Shown piece by piece: positions 45,301-52,047 of a DNA stretch of 52,047 nucleotides. The stretch is taken from positions 1-52,047 of IMG/VR virus record IMGVR_UViG_3300042475_001650; one strand, 5' to 3'. Both the position numbers and the translations under genes were made by a program. Origin of the DNA: a virus (Duplodnaviria; Caudoviricetes). Under the pieces are notes generated by a model. It did no database searches. It was not told the DNA's origin and saw only the letters and a list, made by a program, of their open reading frames with translations. Each line of letters starts with the position of its first letter. Position 1 is the first letter of the stretch.

Positions 45301-46054
45301 GACGATCACCGAGAACCCGGCATGGTCTGGGACTATGACCTCGGTCCAAGTCTATGACGGGAACCTACATCTCGAGAGCCAAAACTTTATGGCAGGATGG
45401 ACGACGCTCGCCGCCGTCCAGTATATCGGTTTCACGGGCGATACGGGGTATGCCGACGAAGGGTATTATGAGTTCGGAGAGACGGATCTCACCGAGGTCT
45501 ATAGTTCGCGGGTGACGTTCGACGCCGTCACCGCGACAGCGGGCGGCTTGTTTACGATGTCGACGTGGACGACCCTGTCCGAGATCGCAACTATCGCCGG
45601 AACAGACAATGGCGACGACGTCTTCGTCGAGCTGCAAATCAACTATTCGATCGTCGACAGCGCGACGCCGGTTTACCAAGGATGGCGGAGGTTCGTCGTC
45701 GGGGACTACACCGCGCGCCATATCAAGTTCCGCGTTTATATGAGCTCGCTCTCGTTGACCCTAAGCCCGACCGTGACCGCGTTGAGCGCGACGATCGATA
45801 TGCCGGATCGCGTCGCCAAGGGGAACGACATCACCTCCGGCGCGGGCACATACTCGGTCGTCTTCTCGCCTAAGTTCAAGGAGGTGCGCTCGGTGACGAT
45901 CGCCGCTCAGAACATGCAGACCGGCGATTATTACGAGATTTCTGGCAAGACGCGCTCGGGTTTCGATGTTATCTTCCGCAACAGCGCCGGAACCGCGATA
46001 AGTCGGTCCTTCGACTATCAAGCGATCGGGTTCGGCAGAGAGAGGAGCACTTAA
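42362..46054 (+). CDS. Central tail tip / J-like protein, allele B
   Basis: 1230 aa, colinear with allele A. Confidence 0.88.
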   Translation: MNDLTPYRESALTEYIEVTLVLNPLAQGDRLVVRVSPSGTLAELIEALVPNELDRDHISAFLGGDYIEPQLWSKIRPKSGSSVFLRLVPQDPVTIISILASAAAPTIAGAVLGAGASAFALAVAGAAISIAITYAASALFGPRQSQNRAESPTYAISAARNNIAPFAPVPVVLGTHKMVPPYGATPYTEVAANNQYLRFVVIWGYGPVSVSQIKIGNTPIADYEDVETEHDFDGSATELDLYPADASQEDLSLLLTTTYDERRTAANTTEIGVTITFPSGLCSFNKKGARVNASATIKGQYKLASSGTWTDWFETTYTDDTAQPKRVAKRVRGLTQGEYDVRIKRTSAEQGLTNAKIVDRAFWTDLSSFNTRAEPVKLSGIAKSAFRIKATDQLNGVVDQLNAVVSLKIPTWNGSAWTTATSVTSNPAAIFRYVLKGAPNKKPVAAANVNDADLGAWYEFCSTNGLAFDQVIDFQLSVRDLLQDVANAGKASPAYVDDKWTVIIEKPRTTVVQHFTPRNTRNFSGRIIYNEIPDALRIRFFNKDRGYREDERVVYDDGFNANNATTFQVIDLPGQTDPDNVYKLGRHYIASARLRPEIFTFEVDIEHLVALRGDLCRLTHDVPGIGQMSGRVVSRSTNTIVLDEPVTREAGKTYTLRVRETTTGDTLALTVAASSTTDTSSTVVVTSGGTSVNPGDLYQFGEQNIESLEVIISAIEYIDDLGAQVTCVPYSPEIYNSATSIPVYTTVLSEPISTSFVGPPRPSIKSIVSDARALQVTSSGAVVPSIYLYVQAGKTAKSNDGTVTRTEFFQARFRRSGSDDPFTYMPYSPIDSPYVPLFPVESNIDYDLGVRAIGPDQSSTSAFVNVANHQVIGASAKPPAVDTFTINTIGEHTYVQWTYPSIPVDVIGYEIRYSADQDNTNWSTMTTISNSIPRETRSFTVPSRSGSYAIKAIDVLQNRSSAAKYINASLEDPAAQNVIETITENPAWSGTMTSVQVYDGNLHLESQNFMAGWTTLAAVQYIGFTGDTGYADEGYYEFGETDLTEVYSSRVTFDAVTATAGGLFTMSTWTTLSEIATIAGTDNGDDVFVELQINYSIVDSATPVYQGWRRFVVGDYTARHIKFRVYMSSLSLTLSPTVTALSATIDMPDRVAKGNDITSGAGTYSVVFSPKFKEVRSVTIAAQNMQTGDYYEISGKTRSGFDVIFRNSAGTAISRSFDYQAIGFGRERST

Positions 46055-47488
46055 ATGTCGCAATATGATTTCGGGACAATTGATCCGAACACCAAGAGCG
46101 GGACCGCGCTCGCGACCGATCTGAACTCATGGCGGAACGCGCTGCACTCGACCCACGGCGGCTCGAGCGCGCCCAGCTACATCACGGCCGGGATGCTTTG
46201 GGCCGACACCACGTCGGCGAACTATGAGCTCAAGATGTATGACGGCGCGCAATCGATCACCGTCGCGGTGATCGACGCGACGAACAACGTCGCGCGCGTC
46301 GCGGTCGACAGCGCGGAGACGAGCTACATCACCTCAACCACCGCAGGGCAGATCCAGCATATAATCTCGGGTTCGGCTATGGTGACGGTAAATTCGACCG
46401 GCGTGGGGATCGGGACGAGTTCGCCTACATCCCTTGGAACGGGCATTACAACGCTTGAGTTGAAGGGCAACAGCGCATCTCAAACAGATCGTGCTGGCGG
46501 CATTAACTTTATGAGATACGATGGCAATCCGGGCATGTATGTCTACCATTCGGATGACGCCAGTTATATCTCCAGCCTATCTACCTATCCTTTGTTGATC
46601 GAAACAAATGGCGCAGAACGTATGCGTATCAACAGCGCAGGCAACGTGGGGATTGGCCTAACGCCATCCACAAGCGCCCCCCTGACAAACGTTTCGGCAG
46701 GCCTTCTCCAAGTAAATGGAAACGTCGAACTTAGATACGAAGGAGCAAACGTTGATCCATCTGGAGCGAGATACTTCAACATCGTCAATACTGACACCAC
46801 GCTTGTTGCTGACCAGCCTTTGGGCGGTATCCAATGGGTAGGTCTGGATACTGACAATCCTAATAGTAACATGGCGTCGATTACGTCATATTGTTCCGGC
46901 AATACTGGAACCACTGGCGATCTGCGGTTTAAGATTGCTGGCACCGAACGCGCCCGCATCGACAGCAGCGGGAACCTGCTGGTTGCAACAACGGCAACTG
47001 ATCCTATTTCCAGCAATGTTGGAGGCATTTCTTTAGGCTCGGATAATATTATTCGCGCTATGTGTTCTGGTGGGCCAGCCGGGGTTTTGGGGCGCAAGAC
47101 CAGCACTGGAGACATTGTTAGGTTCTACTACAACGGACCAACTCAAGTCGGCTCCATTAGCACTAACGGCACATCCACCGCCTACAACACCTCCTCCGAC
47201 TACCGCCTGAAAGAGAACGTCCAGCCCATGCAGGATGCTCTGGCGGTTATCGCCCAGTTGAACCCTGTGACTTACACATGGAAGGCTGACGGCTCGGACG
47301 GCCAAGGCTTCATCGCGCATGAACTGCAAGCTGTCGTGCCTGATTGCGTGTCGGGTGAGAAGGACGCTGTAGATGCCGAGGGCAACCCGCAGTATCAGGG
47401 CGTAGACACCTCGTTCTTGGTCGCCACGTTGGTGAAAGCCGTTCAGGAACTTACCGCCCGCATCGCCGCACTGGAGGCCGCACAATGA
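46055..47488 (+). CDS. Tail fibre allele B with C-terminal intramolecular chaperone (peptidase S74)
   Basis: N-terminal about 100 aa shared with allele A; VGIGTSSP, ERMRI repeats; SDYRLKEN, GFIAHE. Confidence 0.88.
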   Translation: MSQYDFGTIDPNTKSGTALATDLNSWRNALHSTHGGSSAPSYITAGMLWADTTSANYELKMYDGAQSITVAVIDATNNVARVAVDSAETSYITSTTAGQIQHIISGSAMVTVNSTGVGIGTSSPTSLGTGITTLELKGNSASQTDRAGGINFMRYDGNPGMYVYHSDDASYISSLSTYPLLIETNGAERMRINSAGNVGIGLTPSTSAPLTNVSAGLLQVNGNVELRYEGANVDPSGARYFNIVNTDTTLVADQPLGGIQWVGLDTDNPNSNMASITSYCSGNTGTTGDLRFKIAGTERARIDSSGNLLVATTATDPISSNVGGISLGSDNIIRAMCSGGPAGVLGRKTSTGDIVRFYYNGPTQVGSISTNGTSTAYNTSSDYRLKENVQPMQDALAVIAQLNPVTYTWKADGSDGQGFIAHELQAVVPDCVSGEKDAVDAEGNPQYQGVDTSFLVATLVKAVQELTARIAALEAAQ

Positions 47489-48294
47489 GCCGCATCACAC
47501 TTTCGGGCAATGCCTCTGGCACGGGGAACTTCACCCTCGCCTCGCCCAATAGCAACACGGATCGGACGTTGACGCTGCCGGATGCGACGGGGACTGTGAA
47601 CGTCTCGGGTCTCGCCAACGAGGTGCCAGCGGGCAGCGCGGGTGCGCCTGCGATCTACCCCACGGGTGACAGCAACACGGGTATCTTCTTCCCGGATGCG
47701 GATACGATTGCCTTCGCTGAGGGTGGGGCTGAAATCATGCGGATTGACAACGCTGGGAGGTTGCTGGTTGGGACGACGGCGTTCAGTAATATTACTGCCG
47801 GGAATTTAGCAGATGGCTGCGCCCTGCAAGCCGCTGGTACGGTTTGGGGTTCTCGTTCAGGCGATGTTAGTGGTGTGTTTAATCGTCGAACCAGCAATGG
47901 GTCTTGTGTGGAGTTCCGCAGGGACGGCACCACTGTAGGCTCTGTTTCTGTCACCACAACCGCCACCGCCTACAACACCTCTTCTGACTACCGCCTGAAA
48001 GAAGATTGGCAACCCATGTCAGGTGCATCTGAGCGCCTCATGGGCCTCAAGCCTGTCAACTTTGCGTGGAAGGCTGATGGCTCCCGTGTCGATGGCTTCA
48101 TTGCCCACGAGGCACAGGCTGTTGTTCCTGAAGCTGTCACTGGCGAGAAAGACGCTGTGGATGCTGACGGCAACCCGCAATACCAAGGCATCGACCAGAG
48201 CAAGCTGGTGCCTCTGCTGACCGCTGCGCTGCAAGAGGCCTTGACTGAGATCGCCAGCATGAAAGCCCGCATCACCGCATTGGAGGCCAACTGA
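47485..48294 (+). CDS. Second tail fibre with S74 chaperone domain
   Basis: RTLTLPDATGT, DSNTGIFFP, SDYRLKED, GFIAHE. Confidence 0.85.
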   Translation: MSRITLSGNASGTGNFTLASPNSNTDRTLTLPDATGTVNVSGLANEVPAGSAGAPAIYPTGDSNTGIFFPDADTIAFAEGGAEIMRIDNAGRLLVGTTAFSNITAGNLADGCALQAAGTVWGSRSGDVSGVFNRRTSNGSCVEFRRDGTTVGSVSVTTTATAYNTSSDYRLKEDWQPMSGASERLMGLKPVNFAWKADGSRVDGFIAHEAQAVVPEAVTGEKDAVDADGNPQYQGIDQSKLVPLLTAALQEALTEIASMKARITALEAN

Positions 48295-48371
48295 TGTCCG
48301 AAATTCGCGCAAACTCGATCACCTACGCGGATGGCTCCTACGCTGTCCCGTGCGTGTTGATGGCTTGCTAA
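48294..48371 (+). pseudogene. 25-codon fibre gene remnant MSEIRANSITYADGSYAVPCVLMAC
   Basis: GGAGG SD, TGATG coupling; looks like a fibre N-terminus fused to a fibre C-terminus. Confidence 0.55.
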
Positions 48372-48372
48372 C

Positions 48373-48615
48373 ATGACCCCGGAAACGCTTTGGAGCCTCG
48401 TTCTCAGCGGCGCGCTCGGTCTCGTCGGCTGGATCCTCAAGTCGCACGTCGACGAGCTGAAACGCTTGCAGATCCTCCTTAACCGGACGCGCGAGGAAGT
48501 AGCCCGTGACTACGTTACGCGCGCCGACATGCACGCGGACATCAACCGCGTTCTCGTGCGGCTCGACAACCTCGACAAGAAGATCGACGAGCTGATGCGG
48601 AGCTTGGCAAAATGA
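48373..48615 (+). CDS. Small membrane-anchored coiled-coil protein, copy B
   Basis: Identical protein to 11170..11412. Confidence 0.6.
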   Translation: MTPETLWSLVLSGALGLVGWILKSHVDELKRLQILLNRTREEVARDYVTRADMHADINRVLVRLDNLDKKIDELMRSLAK

Positions 48616-48622
48616 GACCGCG

Positions 48623-49114
48623 ATGTTCGACCCGGCCAGCATAGGGATCGCCCTCAGTATCGGGAGCAAAGCCTTCTCGATGCTCAAGCAGGGCATCGCG
48701 GCCGGGCGCGAGATCCAAGACATGGCTTCGCAGCTCTCCGAATGGGGCAAGGCGGTCTCGGATATTGCCTATGCTGCGGAGCGCGCCAACGAGCCGCCGG
48801 GGGTCTTCAAGACCCTGTTCGGGAGCACCTCCCAGCAAAGCGCGATCGACATCTTCGCCGCCCAGAAGCAATGCGAGCAGCAAAGGCGGGAGCTCCGCCA
48901 GCTCATTAGCTTTTCATATGGGAACGACGCATGGCTAGAGTTTCAGGCCATTGAGCGCCGCGTGAGGGAGCAACAGCGCGAACAGGTTTACCGCCGCCGC
49001 GAGATCATCGAGGGGCTGGTCGAGTTCGCGCTCTGGACCGGCATCATCGCGGTGGCGATCGTCGTCTCTGGCATTGGTCTATATTTCTGGGGGCGCTATC
49101 TTGGGAGATGGTAA
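48623..49114 (+). CDS. Membrane protein present only in copy B
   Basis: 163 aa, coiled coil and C-terminal TM helix. Confidence 0.8.
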   Translation: MFDPASIGIALSIGSKAFSMLKQGIAAGREIQDMASQLSEWGKAVSDIAYAAERANEPPGVFKTLFGSTSQQSAIDIFAAQKQCEQQRRELRQLISFSYGNDAWLEFQAIERRVREQQREQVYRRREIIEGLVEFALWTGIIAVAIVVSGIGLYFWGRYLGRW

Positions 49115-49115
49115 A

Positions 49116-49331
49116 ATGAGGCTGGCACTGGTTCTATTGGTCGCGGGCTGCGGGCCTGTTACCGTCTCCTCGGTGGCCTATACCACCGCTTGCCCAAAGG
49201 GGGACGCGCAATGCGAGATCCGGCAGAACGCGGAGACGCTCTACTATATGGCGCACGAGGACGCGGCGAACGAGCTCCTCTGCTCCGGCGATACGCGCGA
49301 CGTCATGGGGGCGCTCTGCTCGGTCTACTGA
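49116..49331 (+). CDS. Small lipoprotein, copy B
   Basis: MRLALVLLVAG-C. Confidence 0.75.
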   Translation: MRLALVLLVAGCGPVTVSSVAYTTACPKGDAQCEIRQNAETLYYMAHEDAANELLCSGDTRDVMGALCSVY

Positions 49332-49996
49332 TGGCGACGAGCGCCGGGGCGCAGGTCACCGGCGACCTTAACACCAACAGCGGCAACACGAACTCGACGA
49401 TCGGGTCGAACAATAACACCGCGGAGAGCACGACGAACTATAACGGATCCGGGAGCGCGCCCTTCTCGACGCCGGTCCCGACGGCCGCAGCTCCGACGGT
49501 CATGGGTGGCGGCGGGAACGATAGCTGTTTGATCCCGGTGCAGAACGCTTTCCAGATCTCGATCTTCGGGCGCGCCGAGGGGCGCATGGAGCAAGATGTG
49601 GCGTGCAACCGCAGGAAAGACGCGAGGCTCCTCGGCACGCCGCAGGAGACCGGCGGGCTCGGTCTACAGGTCTCGGGGATCTCGGTCATGTGCAGCAGCG
49701 CGGAGGTCTTTCGGGCGATGGCGCTCGCGAGCACGCCTTGCCCGATCTACTCGATCGAGACCGGCAAGCTCCTCACCGGGCGCGACGCCTACATGGCGAT
49801 GCGTTCCCAGCCCGCGATTTATGTGGTAGGATACGCGGGCGACCCGGGCTTCTGGGACGCTTTTCTGATGATGGGCGAGGAGCTCCCGGATGTCCTACCT
49901 CAAGAAAGCAGCGGTCCTCTTCTTTCTGAACGCTTCCGCCGTTCACGCCGAGGAGACGATGGAGAACCTTCAGGGGTCGGCGCAGGCAATCCTTGA
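49211..49996 (+). CDS. Secreted Cys-containing protein, copy B
   Basis: Homologue of 11504..12289. Confidence 0.7.
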   Translation: MRDPAERGDALLYGARGRGERAPLLRRYARRHGGALLGLLMATSAGAQVTGDLNTNSGNTNSTIGSNNNTAESTTNYNGSGSAPFSTPVPTAAAPTVMGGGGNDSCLIPVQNAFQISIFGRAEGRMEQDVACNRRKDARLLGTPQETGGLGLQVSGISVMCSSAEVFRAMALASTPCPIYSIETGKLLTGRDAYMAMRSQPAIYVVGYAGDPGFWDAFLMMGEELPDVLPQESSGPLLSERFRRSRRGDDGEPSGVGAGNP

Positions 49997-50639
49997 CCAG
50001 CTCTCCGCCGCGCAGGATCTCACGGTCGGCGCGGTCTACAGCGCCGGGCAGGGCGACATCATCGCGGCAGGCGTGATGCAGGACGCCGCAATCTCCGCGC
50101 AGATGGTCACGGCCTATAACAGCGCGATCGACGACGTGATCGACGCGACCTATTACAACGCCGCCATGCTCTTCGAAGATCAGCACACGGCCGCGATGGC
50201 GAACCTCGATCTCGCCGTCGACGATCTCGTGGCAGCGACGGCCGTCCTGATGACGGTGCAGGCGATCGCCAATATGGCCGCGAACGCCGACACCGTGCAG
50301 GAGCAGCTCGTCGTGCAGGTCGCGCTCGAGAACACCGACATGACGATCAGCTCGGCCGACGTCTCGAGCTATAACAGCGCGCTCGGCGCGGTGCAGACCT
50401 ATGCCCGGGATGCGGGCGCGTTCCTCGCTGCGTCGCGGAACACCACGATGACCGGGACGCTCGACGCCTACGCCTCGACCAGCGGCGCGAGCCTCTACGG
50501 CGCGACAGCGGTTTACAGCGCAACGGCCGACATCATGAACATCACGGGAGCGGACGCCTTCGGGATCGGGCTTACCGGGCTCCTCGGCGCGAACCTCGTG
50601 ACGCTCGAGGATGTCTATGCGGCAGAGTATGGCTCTTGA
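49890..50639 (+). CDS. Secreted acidic helical protein, copy B
   Basis: Homologue of 12183..12932. Confidence 0.8.
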   Translation: MSYLKKAAVLFFLNASAVHAEETMENLQGSAQAILDQLSAAQDLTVGAVYSAGQGDIIAAGVMQDAAISAQMVTAYNSAIDDVIDATYYNAAMLFEDQHTAAMANLDLAVDDLVAATAVLMTVQAIANMAANADTVQEQLVVQVALENTDMTISSADVSSYNSALGAVQTYARDAGAFLAASRNTTMTGTLDAYASTSGASLYGATAVYSATADIMNITGADAFGIGLTGLLGANLVTLEDVYAAEYGS

Positions 50640-51067
50640 GCGAGGAGCCCGAAGCCAACGGCCTGCGGATAGCAGGGATCGACGTCAAGGGCTGGTGGCT
50701 CGCCGCAGCCCTTCCCGCGCTCTCGGGGATCAGCGGCGCGGTTTACGTCGGCTATGACACGGTCAACCGCTTCTGGGCCGTCGAGGAGAGCGTCGAGGGC
50801 GTGCTGGGCGTCGAGAGCCGCGTCCAGACCCTCGAGCAGGCGATCCAAGACAATGACGTGCGCGGGCTCGCGCCGAAGCTCTCCGCGATCAGCACGCAGA
50901 TGTCGACGATCCTCGAGCAGCAAAAGGAGCTCCTCGAGCTCCGCTCGATGGTCGAGAAGTCGGACGCGGTCACGAGCGGGCTCGCGGGCAAGCTCGAGAA
51001 ATACGACGCGGAGATCGAGGATCTCTGGAAGGCGATGGACGATCTAGTAAGGAACCCCATGCGATGA
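50636..51067 (+). CDS. Single-TM coiled-coil protein, copy B
   Basis: Near-identical to 12929..13360. Confidence 0.65.
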   Translation: MSEEPEANGLRIAGIDVKGWWLAAALPALSGISGAVYVGYDTVNRFWAVEESVEGVLGVESRVQTLEQAIQDNDVRGLAPKLSAISTQMSTILEQQKELLELRSMVEKSDAVTSGLAGKLEKYDAEIEDLWKAMDDLVRNPMR

Positions 51068-51261
51068 TCGAAAAACTGGTCTGGATAGGCTTCGTCGGCG
51101 CGCTCGCCGGGATCTTCTATGTCTCAGGGGACGGCTTCTACCGCTACCCGTGCATGGATCCGGCTAACGTCGAAACGCCGCAATGCTCACCGCCGATATG
51201 CTCGGCAACCCGGACGTGCCCGTCCGATCTCACAGGAGGCTCAAGCTATGTCACGCAATAA
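51064..51261 (+). CDS. Membrane-anchored Cys-rich protein, copy B
   Basis: Homologue of 13357..13554. Confidence 0.7.
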   Translation: MIEKLVWIGFVGALAGIFYVSGDGFYRYPCMDPANVETPQCSPPICSATRTCPSDLTGGSSYVTQ

Positions 51262-51535
51262 GAACGACCCGGAAATGCTCGAGGCGCGCCTGCGCTATTT
51301 CATCGGGTGCTCGCTGGTCGTGATCCTTGGGGGCACGATCTTCGCGGTGCTCTACTCTCTGGTCTTCATCACGCAGCCGCTCGAGGTCTCGCCGAACGAT
51401 CAGAAGTTCTTTGAGCTCCTCACCCCGCTCGCCTCGTTCATCGTCGGCGCGCTGGGCGGCGTGATGGCGGCAGGAAACAACCGCAGCAAAGGCGGCAACG
51501 ATGACGAGCCGCCGAGACAGGAGATCCAAGAATGA
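51248..51535 (+). CDS. Two-TM holin candidate, copy B
   Basis: Identical protein to 13541..13828. Confidence 0.65.
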   Translation: MSRNKNDPEMLEARLRYFIGCSLVVILGGTIFAVLYSLVFITQPLEVSPNDQKFFELLTPLASFIVGALGGVMAAGNNRSKGGNDDEPPRQEIQE

Positions 51536-51708
51536 TCGGGATGAAGCTGGTCGGTGCGCTCGTCGGGCGCAAGGTGAAAGAGAAGGCGGTCGAGGCCGTC
51601 CTCGATAAGGTGGATCTGCCAGCTCCGATCGAGAAGGCGATCGAGGCGTCCGTCACCGGCTCCCCTTTGGGGATGCTTGGCAAGCTCGGGAAGGTCTTAA
51701 AGAAATGA
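51532..51708 (+). CDS. Small basic protein, copy B
   Basis: Same protein as 13825..14001. Confidence 0.75.
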   Translation: MIGMKLVGALVGRKVKEKAVEAVLDKVDLPAPIEKAIEASVTGSPLGMLGKLGKVLKK

Positions 51709-52047
51709 TGCTCCGGGTCGCAGCCGCGCTCGTCGTCCTCGCGGCTCCCGCGCTCGCGGAGCAATACAAGATCAACCGCGTGATCGATGGCGACACCGTC
51801 GAGATCGCGGTCGGCTTCTTGCCGGATCCGCTCCCTCCGAAGCTCTCGATCCGCGTCCTCGGGATCGACACGCCGGAGAAGGCACCGCGCGCCCAGTGCG
51901 AGGCGGAGGCCAAGAAGGCGGCGGAGGCGAGCGCGTTCACCAAGAGCGCGGTCGCGATGGCGCAGAGCGTCGAGATCCAGATCGAGAAGTGGGACAAATA
52001 CGGCGGGCGCGTCCTCGGGCACGTCCTCCTCGACGGGCACAGCCTGT
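51705..52047 (+). CDS. Thermonuclease, copy B, 3'-truncated
   Basis: VIDGDT, GIDTPE; runs off window end. Confidence 0.88.
   Translation, partial: MMLRVAAALVVLAAPALAEQYKINRVIDGDTVEIAVGFLPDPLPPKLSIRVLGIDTPEKAPRAQCEAEAKKAAEASAFTKSAVAMAQSVEIQIEKWDKYGGRVLGHVLLDGHSL

Larger units (their letters stand above)
36738..52047 (+). repeat. Copy B of tail + envelope module
   Basis: Colinear with 1..14340; 970 bp longer. Confidence 0.97.

Noticed and set aside
9470-48371. DGR or invertase-driven fibre switching
   Set aside because: No reverse transcriptase, no adenine-specific TR/VR pair, no serine/tyrosine recombinase, no inverted fibre ends seen
36738-52047. Long terminal repeat or simple circular overlap
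   Set aside because: The copies differ throughout and in gene content; a true terminal redundancy would be identical
1-52047. Cyanobacterial HIP1 (GCGATCGC) signal
   Set aside because: Explained by GCG-ATC codon usage in high-GC DNA; GapR points to Alphaproteobacteria

Overview
The window is a tailed dsDNA phage (siphovirus-type) with no host genes. A GapR/DUF2312 gene and apparent GANTC avoidance point to an alphaproteobacterial host. One full genome unit (1..36737) runs: tail module, envelope/lysis cluster, GH19 endolysin, leftward recombination operon (ERF, NinB-like, GapR-like), divergent Cro-like switch, replication genes, HD/ParB-N/Mom-like genes, terminase, head and neck. Positions 36738..52047 are a second, diverged copy of 1..14340, with a different tape-measure middle, different tail-fibre ends and one extra gene. 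The first 127 bp of the two copies are identical, which suggests two co-occurring strain alleles joined by assembly, although a real dual tail module is not excluded. I found no integrase or CI-type repressor. The most interesting unexplained parts are a 9-10 gene cluster of envelope-targeted proteins before the endolysin, a candidate counter-transcribed multi-hairpin RNA upstream of the replication initiator, and short direct repeats at gene-cassette boundaries. All family calls come from motif recognition by eye; no searches were run.
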